Source: Spirochaetales bacterium
GTDB taxonomy: Bacteria > Spirochaetota > Spirochaetia > Sphaerochaetales > Sphaerochaetaceae
Direction of reading: 5' to 3'
Assembly: GCA_017629575.1 (NCBI GenBank)
Contig: JAGBWX010000008.1
Coordinates: forward strand, 1 to 53,161
Length of the DNA stretch: 53,161 bases
Part shown: positions 1 to 7,302 of the stretch, piece after piece
Numbering within the stretch: position 1 is the first letter of the stretch
How the letters are laid out: each line of letters begins with the position of its first letter
Notes under the pieces: model-generated
Seen by the model: only the letters and a program-made list of their open reading frames with translations
What the model was told of the DNA's origin: nothing
Databases searched by the model: none
Made by a program: the position numbers and the translations under genes

Positions 1-1
1 A

Positions 2-259
2 AATAGCACAAAACCAGTGTTGGTAGACTTCTGGGCTCCATGGTGCGGGCCATGTAGAATGGTATCTCCAGTCGTTGATGAAATAGCAGAAGAGAGAAAT
101 GACATCAAGGTTTGCAAGGTTAATGTAGATGATGAATCATCACTAGCATCAGAGTATGGTGTGATGAGCATCCCAACATTGGTTGTCTTCAAAGAAGGCA
201 AGGTCGTTAAACAGAGTATAGGAGCAAAACCAAAGAACCAGATTTTAGCAATGATTTAA
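2..259 (+). CDS. trxA: Thioredoxin (5' end cut by window edge)
   Basis: The frame is open from nt 2. ...[17 protein letters not shown]... carries the canonical WCGPC active site, followed by a thioredoxin-fold C-terminus ([12 protein letters not shown]). TAA stop at 257-259 is followed by a hairpin and T-run. Confidence 0.9.
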   Translation, partial: NSTKPVLVDFWAPWCGPCRMVSPVVDEIAEERNDIKVCKVNVDDESSLASEYGVMSIPTLVVFKEGKVVKQSIGAKPKNQILAMI

Positions 260-288
260 TAATAGACATAAACACTTTTCCTCCCTAA

Positions 289-323
289 AGAGCTGCCAGA
301 GATGGCGGCTCTCGTTTTTTTTT
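289..323 (+). terminator. Rho-independent terminator after trxA
   Basis: GAGCTGCC (290-297) pairs with GGCGGCTC (304-311): 8 bp with one G.U and a 6-nt loop. It is followed by cg + T9. Confidence 0.7.
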
Positions 324-420
324 GATCCTTTTGTGTTTGCCTAGCTCCTTCTTATGTGACGTAATCACGGAAGACAATTACTTTCAGTGTTATCGTGTTG
401 ATATAAAAAGGAGAATTAAT

Positions 421-516
421 ATGAATACAGTAAAAATAAATATCGTTAAATCTATAGAGGCATTGGCTGATTATCTATATTACAAGCTTGTTGGATGTGA
501 TGGCTCTCTTATATAG
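421..516 (+). CDS. Candidate 31-aa small ORF (MNTVKINIVKSIEALADYLYYKLVGCDGSLI), hypothetical
   Basis: ATG at 421 is preceded by AAAGGAGA, with GGAG ending 7 nt upstream. There is no recognisable family. This is the internal part of the 322-516 track ORF. Confidence 0.25.
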   Translation: MNTVKINIVKSIEALADYLYYKLVGCDGSLI

Positions 517-526
517 TTCGTGAAGA

Positions 527-535
527 TGCTATAAT
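527..535 (+). promoter_or_regulatory. Extended -10 promoter element (TGcTATAAT) for the TlpA-like gene
   Basis: TGCTATAAT lies 20 nt upstream of the ATG at 555. AAGGTGGA Shine-Dalgarno at 544-551. Confidence 0.4.
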
Positions 536-554
536 ATTTATTTAAGGTGGAAAT

Positions 555-1061
555 ATGAAAAACAGAATCATTGCAACATTTATTGTACTCATCTTCGCAC
601 TCGCTTCAGTGTATGCATCAAGTGCGGATGTCCAGACAGTTGAGTTCCCTAATATCACAGTATTCGACAAGGATGGCAATGTGGTTAATCTTACAGATTT
701 CAGAGGTAAGCCAGTAGTCCTTAATTTCTGGGCTTCTTGGTGTGGTCCTTGCAAAAACGAAATGCCAACCTTTGATGAAGTATATAAAGAGGTTGGCAAT
801 GATGTTTACTTTGTCATGGTTGATATGACTGATGGCGTAAGAGAGACTGTAGAATCAGGCTCTGCCTATGTTGAAAAAATGGGATATTCGTTCCCAGTTT
901 ATTATGATACAGCCCAAAATGCAGCATACACGCTAGGCATAAGCAGCATCCCAATGACAATCTTCTTGGATGCAAAGGGCCATGGTGTTACATATTATAT
1001 CGGTGCATTGAACAAGGATGCTCTTTTATATGGAATCGATGTAGTAAAGAATCATAAGTGA
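555..1061 (+). CDS. Secreted TlpA/ResA-like thiol:disulfide oxidoreductase (thioredoxin fold)
   Basis: N-terminal signal peptide (MKNRIIATFIVLIFALASVYASS). PVVLNFWASWCGPCKNEMP carries the CxxC motif typical of the TlpA/ResA/AhpC-TSA family. 168 aa. Confidence 0.85.
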   Translation: MKNRIIATFIVLIFALASVYASSADVQTVEFPNITVFDKDGNVVNLTDFRGKPVVLNFWASWCGPCKNEMPTFDEVYKEVGNDVYFVMVDMTDGVRETVESGSAYVEKMGYSFPVYYDTAQNAAYTLGISSIPMTIFLDAKGHGVTYYIGALNKDALLYGIDVVKNHK

Positions 1062-1066
1062 TGAAG

Positions 1067-1114
1067 AACTCCCAATTTTGCACTCCGAGGTGGATAGCAG
1101 AATTGGGAGTTTTT
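1067..1114. terminator. Hairpin + T-run between convergent genes (terminator)
   Basis: AACTCCCAATT (1067-1077) pairs with AATTGGGAGTT (1101-1111), then TTT. The loop is large (23 nt), so confidence is moderate. Confidence 0.5.
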
Positions 1115-1148
1115 AAGAACAGATGCTTCTAGCTTAAGAATAATAGGA

Positions 1149-1355
1149 TTATTCTTCAGCGTCAGAATTCCAAAAAAGATCGTCGAGTGTCTTGTCCAAG
1201 GCTCTGCATATTGCAATGCAGAGCTTTATTGTTGGATTGTAGTCACCCTTTTCAATGGCGTTAATAGTTTGCCTGGAGACACCAACAACATTGCTGAGGT
1301 CTTCTTGTGACATATCTTTCATCGCTCTTGCGGCTTTTAGCTTAAGATTCTTCAT
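1149..1355 (-). CDS. Small XRE/Cro-CI family HTH transcriptional regulator
   Basis: 68 aa. MSQEDLSNVVGVSRQTINAIEKGDYNPTIKLCIAICRAL is a textbook HTH_3 (XRE) motif. It overlaps the upstream membrane-protein gene by 14 nt. Confidence 0.85.
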   Translation of the reverse strand: MKNLKLKAARAMKDMSQEDLSNVVGVSRQTINAIEKGDYNPTIKLCIAICRALDKTLDDLFWNSDAEE

Positions 1356-1887
1356 CTAATTTCTCTCTTTTTACATCTAATCTTTCTTTTATCAATATTT
1401 CACAGACCAGTATAAGCATTAAAAGTCCGCATAGGAGATTTATGGCTTTAACAGATAGTAGACCGTTCTCAATGAGTTCTCCTCTGAATATATTAATGAT
1501 ACTAGCTGCAAGATTCACTATGCCAATCACAATGAATATGATTTTGGTTCTGATTGGTCTCTCATTTGTAGAGATATAGCAATCGCTGAAGATTGCATGA
1601 GTTGCAAAAGAGAAAGCACCCAAAAAGATAATGATGAAACTTCCAACGCCAGGAGCAAATGGCATCCCATTTTCCAATAAGACATCCATGCATAAGAAAA
1701 TGCAAGAAAAAATCATCATGGCAAAGAATCCAGTCTTGTAGGCTTTGCCCTGTTCAATTTTTTGTCTCTCATCGTAGTCTGGCTTATTGCCAAATCTATA
1801 CTTACTTGTTGCCTTGATAGCGATGAAATAGATGAGTATGCCAACAATAAGACCTGTTACAATTCCTAGAAGTGTTGCTGTATTCAT
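1342..1887 (-). CDS. Integral membrane protein (4-5 TM), co-operonic partner of the small XRE regulator
   Basis: 181 aa with several long hydrophobic segments. AGGAGA Shine-Dalgarno before the ATG. The membrane protein + XRE pair is a common arrangement, but I do not recognise the exact family. Confidence 0.65.
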   Translation of the reverse strand: MNTATLLGIVTGLIVGILIYFIAIKATSKYRFGNKPDYDERQKIEQGKAYKTGFFAMMIFSCIFLCMDVLLENGMPFAPGVGSFIIIFLGAFSFATHAIFSDCYISTNERPIRTKIIFIVIGIVNLAASIINIFRGELIENGLLSVKAINLLCGLLMLILVCEILIKERLDVKREKLDEES

Positions 1888-1904
1888 ATCGTTCTCCTAA
1901 CAAC

Positions 1905-1934
1905 ACTATAGGAGTATATTAGATAATATGTCAA
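1905..1934 (-). promoter_or_regulatory. Putative sigma70 promoter with embedded palindromic operator for the membrane-protein/XRE operon
   Basis: On the minus strand: TTGACA (1929-1934), 18 nt, TATAGT (1905-1910). The perfect inverted repeat ATATTA-ga-TAATAT (1916-1929) lies in the spacer. Confidence 0.4.
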
Positions 1935-1969
1935 GTATAATATACATTAAATTAATTATAGGAGACTTT

Positions 1970-2632
1970 TTATTCAGATAACTCTTCTAGCTTATCTATA
2001 TCTGTAATATCTATTGTCCCTCTTGATAGGGAAATAGCGCCTTCTCCCTGTAGATATTGCAATGTCCTTGTAACAACTTCTCTAGCAGTCCCAAGATGGT
2101 TCGCAATCTGTTCATGAGTAATTTTGAGCTTCATGCTGTCTTCGATTCTTGTCTCCTCAACTAGGAATGCAGATACTCTCTTGTCCATGCTCTTGAACAT
2201 GATTTCATTCAAAAGCCACATGACAGTTGTGAATCTGCTTGCCATAAGGCTGTTTGTATAGTTTGCAATTGGAGCAGACTCATCCATGAGAGCTTTGTAG
2301 ACGTCAGCATTGATTACCCAGTATTCAGAATCCTTTTCTGTTTCGATCATCAAGTCCATCTGAAGGTCATGCATCATGCAGGATGCAGAGAATAGGCAGA
2401 TGTCGCGCTCAAACAGGCGATAGAGTGTAAACTCTCTTCCTTCTTCGGAGTAGCTGAATATTCTCAGCTGTCCAGATTTGACAAGAACCAATCCAAGACA
2501 GCTATCGTTGCCGTGGAGAAGGGTCTTCTTTTTTGTCTTTCTGAAGTCAGCTGCTCTATAGAGCTTTAGTTTCTGGCCATTGTCCAATTTGTCCCAGAAG
2601 GGAAAGTATTCCTGAATATCGCTTGTTTCCAT
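1970..2632 (-). CDS. Crp/Fnr family transcriptional regulator
   Basis: 220 aa. N-terminal cNMP-binding-like beta-roll and a C-terminal HTH (ITHEQIANHLGTAREVVTRTLQYLQGEG) typical of Crp/Fnr. No N-terminal Cys cluster is evident. Confidence 0.85.
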   Translation of the reverse strand: METSDIQEYFPFWDKLDNGQKLKLYRAADFRKTKKKTLLHGNDSCLGLVLVKSGQLRIFSYSEEGREFTLYRLFERDICLFSASCMMHDLQMDLMIETEKDSEYWVINADVYKALMDESAPIANYTNSLMASRFTTVMWLLNEIMFKSMDKRVSAFLVEETRIEDSMKLKITHEQIANHLGTAREVVTRTLQYLQGEGAISLSRGTIDITDIDKLEELSE

Positions 2633-2680
2633 AGTTTTGATGATACTACTAAATCTTTGTAATTTGCAAAGATTATGCTC

Positions 2681-2713
2681 AAAAAGAAAGAAGCTCCGGA
2701 ATCGAAGCTTCTT
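2681..2713 (-). terminator. Rho-independent terminator downstream of the alcohol dehydrogenase gene
   Basis: 8-bp stem (2688-2695 / 2706-2713, AAGAAGCT/AGCTTCTT) with a 10-nt loop. A TCTTTTT tail follows on the minus strand, 25 nt after the adh stop. Confidence 0.55.
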
Positions 2714-2736
2714 GTGAGTTAGCTATTATGCGTAAA

Positions 2737-3924
2737 TTATCTAGCAGCTTTGAAGATGTTGTACATATCTTCTGGTGTGAGAGTCTTGAAGGAGCCAAGA
2801 GTTCTCTTGCCGAAGTAGGATGCACTTTCTGCAAGCTTTCTATATTCTTCTTCAGTTGGGTCAATGCCAAGCTCTCTGAGATTTGTTGGCATGTTGATTT
2901 CCTTGAAGTAGTTCTCCATATAGTCAATTGCCTTGAGTGCATCTGCCATCTTGTCTCCGCTTTCCTCCATGTCAAAAAGGTATACACCCATCTTGACGAA
3001 TCTTGAAGGATTTTCTGCGACAACATATCTTGCCCAAGTTGCCCAAATTGCAGCGAGTCCTGCGCCATGTGCTACGTCAAACATGCCAGAAAGCTCATGC
3101 TCGAGCTGATGGCAAGCCCAGTCACCTCTAACAGCATTTCCAACCTGCATGAGGCCATTGTGAGAGAGTGATCCGGCCCACATCAAATTTGCTCTAGCAT
3201 CGTAATTATCTGGTTCTTCGAGCGCGAGGATGCCAGCTTCCATTACTTCTTTGACAAGTGCAAGAGAGAGTCTATCTGTAAGTTCAAGAGTATCGCCTGC
3301 GTGGAAGTATCTTTCGATTGTATGCATCATGATATCTGCAGTACCGCAGCTTGTCTGATATGGAGAAACTGTGTATGTAAGCTCTGGGTTCAAAAGTGAG
3401 AAAGCAGGGCGCACAAAGTTTGAATTGTAGCCTCTCTTGAGACCCTTTTCCTCGTTTGTGATAACAGAGCTGTCAGACATCTCCGATCCTGTTGCTGAGA
3501 GTGTAAGGATTACGCCAAGTGGAGTTGCTCCCTCTGGAACTCTTGTATATGCATAGTAATCCCAAGTATCGCCCTTTTCCTTGTCGAAAATGCCATAGCA
3601 GATTGCCTTTGCGCTGTCTACAACAGATCCACCGCCAACTGCGAGAACATAGTCAACGCCTTCTCTTCTTCCAATTTCAACACCTTCTCTAACGAGAGAG
3701 ATTCTTGGATTTGGAACAACGCCGCCAAGTTCGATGTAGCTGATGCCATTCTCTTCGAGGCTATTTTCAACCTTGTTGAGAAGACCACTTTTCTTTACAG
3801 AGCCGCCTCCAAAATGTACGAGAACCTTTGTTGCGCCTCTCTTCTTCAGGATTTCACCTGCCTTGTCCTCAACACCTTTGCCGAAATAGACATGGGTAGG
3901 TGTGTAGTATTCTGTAATTGCCAT
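2737..3924 (-). CDS. Iron-containing (group III) alcohol dehydrogenase, butanol-dehydrogenase-like
   Basis: 395 aa. GGGSVVDSAKAI (the GGGSxxD Fe-ADH signature) plus conserved His-rich metal site regions (HTIERYF, HQLEHELS, HGAGLAA). The start overlaps the upstream stop (TAATG). Confidence 0.9.
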   Translation of the reverse strand: MAITEYYTPTHVYFGKGVEDKAGEILKKRGATKVLVHFGGGSVKKSGLLNKVENSLEENGISYIELGGVVPNPRISLVREGVEIGRREGVDYVLAVGGGSVVDSAKAICYGIFDKEKGDTWDYYAYTRVPEGATPLGVILTLSATGSEMSDSSVITNEEKGLKRGYNSNFVRPAFSLLNPELTYTVSPYQTSCGTADIMMHTIERYFHAGDTLELTDRLSLALVKEVMEAGILALEEPDNYDARANLMWAGSLSHNGLMQVGNAVRGDWACHQLEHELSGMFDVAHGAGLAAIWATWARYVVAENPSRFVKMGVYLFDMEESGDKMADALKAIDYMENYFKEINMPTNLRELGIDPTEEEYRKLAESASYFGKRTLGSFKTLTPEDMYNIFKAAR

Positions 3925-5288
3925 TACTCGTCCTCCTTGATTATGGCTTCATGCTTAAGGCCATTGGCCTTGATTATCAGAGCCTTGTCAGCTCTGACGT
4001 GTATAAAATGTTTTGTTTTTTCGATGACATTCATCTTCGACAACCTATCATAGGAGAAGAATCCGCCATCGATTGTTGGATTGACTGTTAGATAGAAGCA
4101 GCCCCTGCTTGTCATGTTTTGGAAGAAGTGCGTCCCTTCGCTTGGTTCCACTTTCAAGTTTTCAGAGCTGGTCTCTACGATTGCCTGGACCTTCGAAATC
4201 TGTGACCATGAGCATGGAATTCCAAGCCATGGATCCGAGGAGCCAATTCTGCCAGATGCAATCAAAACATATGGTGCATCGATATTCTTGTTCAACTTTT
4301 CAAGCTCAAGAGCCATTTCCTTCATCTCAGATGGACTAAAAGCTTCTGGAATAATCGATATTATATCTTTTACCCCATTTGCGTTGCCATTTCCAAGTAC
4401 TCTTTTTGCGTAGACAATAGCTTTTTTTCTATCCTCATCTGTAATGATGACGTCAGAAGAGTCAGAACCATATGTAATAGGCCTTATCTGGAGAATGGAG
4501 AAGTCTGGTTTCTTGTCTCCGGAGCGCTCTGTATTGATTGCAAACTCAATCTCAACAGGCTTTGCCATCGCTTCTGCGCCAATTTTCAGAATATCATCAA
4601 CGACAGGAGCGAGAGGGAACATATCATACTTCAGCATTCCGTTGAAGGTTATTATCTTTATCCCTTCTGCTCTTGGAGATTCATTCAGGCTTCCTGTGAA
4701 AGGCTCTATTGTTGAGAATATTCCCTTCATTGCTGCTGGATGGTTTTTGAGCCAGTCTACGCTTAGTGTTATGAGGTTGTCTGAATTGGAATAAGGAGAG
4801 AACTCCTGATCAAGATTCAAGGCATAGAAGTTTTTTTGGCTTGAACTGTTCTGGGATAGATTGTTGCAAGGTTTTTTTGGCTTTGCAGGACAGAATCTGA
4901 ACGCAGAGCCATCATCGACAACAGCCTTACCAAAGCCTATTGCAAGTTTGCCAACGCCATCCTCAGCCCTCTGTCCCTCTGTTGGATAGTAGTTGAGGCT
5001 TCTTGCCACTCCAGATATGTTAGGGAACCACATGTTATCATGCTTAGATCCTGTGACCTGCTGCAATATGACAGCCATCTTCTCTTCATCAAGCTTGTGG
5101 CCTGTGCTCTTCAGGTACTCCCTTGCCTCTTCAAAATATGTGGATGCCCATACTGTCTTGATTGCTGTTTCTAGTTCCTTGAATCTCTTCTCATAGCTGC
5201 CTGTGTTTGCAATCATCGATGTTTGGTAAACGCCTGCAAATGGCTGGTAATGGCTATCTTCTAGCAAGGAAGAGCTTCTGACAGACAT
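3924..5288 (-). CDS. C-terminal portion of a REC-REC-PPDK_N (PEP/pyruvate-binding ATP-grasp)-like protein, downstream of the in-frame TAG
   Basis: It begins MSVRSSSLLEDSHYQPFAGVYQ, the VRSSxxxED..FAG core of the PPDK_N/PEP-synthase ATP-grasp domain. It is in frame with ORF 5307-6845, across TAG 5307-5309. The C-terminal ...SSDPW...AIVETSS...EGTHFFQNMTSRG resembles a divergent swivel phosphohistidine domain. Confidence 0.8.
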   Translation of the reverse strand: MSVRSSSLLEDSHYQPFAGVYQTSMIANTGSYEKRFKELETAIKTVWASTYFEEAREYLKSTGHKLDEEKMAVILQQVTGSKHDNMWFPNISGVARSLNYYPTEGQRAEDGVGKLAIGFGKAVVDDGSAFRFCPAKPKKPCNNLSQNSSSQKNFYALNLDQEFSPYSNSDNLITLSVDWLKNHPAAMKGIFSTIEPFTGSLNESPRAEGIKIITFNGMLKYDMFPLAPVVDDILKIGAEAMAKPVEIEFAINTERSGDKKPDFSILQIRPITYGSDSSDVIITDEDRKKAIVYAKRVLGNGNANGVKDIISIIPEAFSPSEMKEMALELEKLNKNIDAPYVLIASGRIGSSDPWLGIPCSWSQISKVQAIVETSSENLKVEPSEGTHFFQNMTSRGCFYLTVNPTIDGGFFSYDRLSKMNVIEKTKHFIHVRADKALIIKANGLKHEAIIKEDE

Positions 5289-5306
5289 TGGTGCTGTTAC
5301 GAATTC

Positions 5307-6845
5307 CTATATCTCCTCAAGGTTTTCCACCAAGTCTCCTGGTAGCTTTCCGTTGATAAAGAGATTGAGAATTTCCTTGTCTGGAAGATTTACGAATTCA
5401 AGATTTTCAAGATTGTTCAGCGCGATGAACTTGTCGAAGAACTCTGTGGATATTACGACTGTCCTAGGAATTGAGAGATAGATGTCAGGGTATTTCTCCT
5501 GCATTTTATTTGCCTTCATCTCCATGGCAATGAATGCAAGACCTCTTCCCTTTCCTCCAAGAGAGCCTTTTCCCATTCTTGAGAAGAATAGGGTGTCATC
5601 ATAGTTTGTCTTTGAAAACTCTGCAATCGACCCCCTTGTTCTCTCCGCTCTGTAGTTCTTGATTGTTCTATAAAGAAGCATCCTGACTTCTTCTGGGTCC
5701 GAGTCTTCTTTGAGAACGATTGGCTTAATTGTCTTTGCAAGGTTGTAAAGAGACTGGGATCTCATCCAGCGTGAAAAGTCATTTCTCTTAGAGTGGTAAA
5801 TGAAAGACTCTATAGGAATTGTCTTCATCGTATGCTGCACTTCCTTCATGTTTGTCGCAGTTGCGATGACATTCCCCGTTGCTGGATCTATGAATCTGAA
5901 TGCGCCAAAGCCATAGTCCTTCTCAAAGTAGAGTCTCAGGTCTGCTTCTGTGGTGTCAGAGAGCTTCCATGTGAAATTGCATCCCATCGCTATCGCTTCA
6001 TCCATGTGCCTCTTTTCTGTTGACTGTACGAGCACAGGGCATTCAGGGTTAACTTGTTTGATTTTCTTTGCAAGCTCTAGGCCCGATCTCTCTCTTCCCA
6101 TAGGGGAAGGGTAGGAGACATCTGTTATGACACCTAGAATATGTGTTCTGAACTCTTGGTAGAAATCCCAAGCTTCTGTGAAGTTCTTTTTGAGAATTAC
6201 TTTTGGCCTTCCCCTCATTCTGAGAGTCTTGCCCCATTCATTTAGGCCTTCCTTAATTGAGCTTCTTGTCTGTCTAATAAGCTCTGTATATAGCTTTGGA
6301 AGATAGGAAGAGATGAATCTTACAGAGTCTTCTACTAGCAGTATGCATGGAACATTTTCATTCAATGTATCGTTTAGAAGATTCATCCTATCTTCAACAA
6401 GCTTAATCATGGCAAGAAAGATGGAAGAGCTTCCTTGCCAATAGAATAGGTTGTCGATATAAGGACAATTTTCGCCTCTAAGCTCTCTTGCCTTTCTGTG
6501 GTCTGGAGATGGGGAGAGTGCGATTACTGGCATCTCTGGATATAGCGACTTTACTGATTCAGCAAGAGCCTCGACTCTATCTGAACCCAAATCAAGCATG
6601 GTAATGACTAGCTGGAATCTATTTTCCCTTAAAAGCTCCAGGGCTCTTTCTTCAGAATTTGTATGAGTTATCTTAGGAGGGGACGAAAGACCAAGCTCTG
6701 TATATTCATGATAGAGCTCTTCTTCAACTCTTCCATCCTCTTCAAGCATGAATCTGTCATAGTCAGAGCATACAAGAAGAACATTGTAAACTCTGTTTCT
6801 AATTAGGTTTGAGAATGGTAGCCAGGTCTGATCGGGAAGATACAT
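5307..6845 (-). CDS. N-terminal portion of the same protein: two receiver(REC)-like domains plus the start of a PPDK_N ATP-grasp domain; ends at an in-frame TAG
   Basis: REC-like segments: VLLVCSDYD...LVITMLDLG, and ILLVEDS...GVITDVSYP...PVLVQS. These are followed by GSLGGKGRGLAFI, which matches the GGKgxnL motif of the PPDK_N family. The ORF stops at TAG and reading continues in frame into ORF 3924-5288. Confidence 0.8.
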   Translation of the reverse strand: MYLPDQTWLPFSNLIRNRVYNVLLVCSDYDRFMLEEDGRVEEELYHEYTELGLSSPPKITHTNSEERALELLRENRFQLVITMLDLGSDRVEALAESVKSLYPEMPVIALSPSPDHRKARELRGENCPYIDNLFYWQGSSSIFLAMIKLVEDRMNLLNDTLNENVPCILLVEDSVRFISSYLPKLYTELIRQTRSSIKEGLNEWGKTLRMRGRPKVILKKNFTEAWDFYQEFRTHILGVITDVSYPSPMGRERSGLELAKKIKQVNPECPVLVQSTEKRHMDEAIAMGCNFTWKLSDTTEADLRLYFEKDYGFGAFRFIDPATGNVIATATNMKEVQHTMKTIPIESFIYHSKRNDFSRWMRSQSLYNLAKTIKPIVLKEDSDPEEVRMLLYRTIKNYRAERTRGSIAEFSKTNYDDTLFFSRMGKGSLGGKGRGLAFIAMEMKANKMQEKYPDIYLSIPRTVVISTEFFDKFIALNNLENLEFVNLPDKEILNLFINGKLPGDLVENLEEI

Positions 6846-6847
6846 AA

Positions 6848-7033
6848 CTATTCTTCTTTATGCCAGCCAAGCAGGAACAAGGCGAGGTTGATTGCTGCAA
6901 GCACGAGTACAAACCAGCCAAGGAGGGTGAATACCCAATCTGCAGGAACGATTACAACAATGAGGAAAAGAAGCAAAACAGTAACGATTGCCAAAAGTGT
7001 CATCATGATTGAAGCAATTTTTTTCTTGTTCAT
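6848..7033 (-). CDS. Small two-TM membrane protein (61 aa), first gene of the operon
   Basis: MNKKKIASIMMTLLAIVTVLLLFLIVVIV...FTLLGWFVLVLAAINLALFLLGW gives two clear hydrophobic helices. Its stop lies 2 nt before the next ATG. No family recognised. Confidence 0.55.
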   Translation of the reverse strand: MNKKKIASIMMTLLAIVTVLLLFLIVVIVPADWVFTLLGWFVLVLAAINLALFLLGWHKEE

Positions 7034-7250
7034 AACTAAATTATATATATAAAAGCACAGATTTGTATATAAATCGGAAAAGAAGGGTTACTAATTCGTT
7101 CCAAAAATATTTATTTGTCTTTCTTAAAAAATCCAATTTATAGGATAAACCAATATTTTTGGCAAAAAATTAATGTAAATATAAAAAATGAAAAAATTAT
7201 TAATATTTTGCGAAAAAATAATTTAAAAAAATAATGTACAAAGAATTTGT

Positions 7251-7279
7251 TTGACGGTTTTTGAAAGAGGTCGTAATCT
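7251..7279 (+). promoter_or_regulatory. Putative sigma70 promoter of gdhA
   Basis: TTGACG (7251-7256), 17 nt, TAATCT (7274-7279). GAGGAGG Shine-Dalgarno at 7289-7295 and ATG at 7303. A-tract-rich DNA lies upstream. Confidence 0.45.
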
Positions 7280-7302
7280 AAAGTTACGAGAGGAGGATTA
7301 TA

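Noticed and set aside
355-368. CRP-like site TGTGAcgtaaTCACg upstream of the TlpA-like gene.
   Set aside because: The GTGA/TCAC arms are separated by 5 nt rather than the 6 nt of the CRP consensus, and the outer positions do not match. This is probably chance.
322-516. The 64-aa track ORF as a real gene.
   Set aside because: Its 5' part starts inside the T-run of the trxA terminator and has no start context. Only the internal 31-aa ORF with a Shine-Dalgarno (421-516) was kept, as a low-confidence candidate.
2679-3068. 129-aa and 92-aa ORFs overlapping the 3' end of the alcohol dehydrogenase gene.
   Set aside because: They are out of frame or antisense to a gene with strong Fe-ADH motifs and have no independent signals.
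5307-5309. In-frame TAG as pyrrolysine or a reassigned sense codon.
   Set aside because: TAG terminates at least four other well-delimited genes in this window (6848, 9314, 40665, 52253). No pyl genes are present in the window. Ordinary nonsense mutation, error or gene split is more parsimonious.
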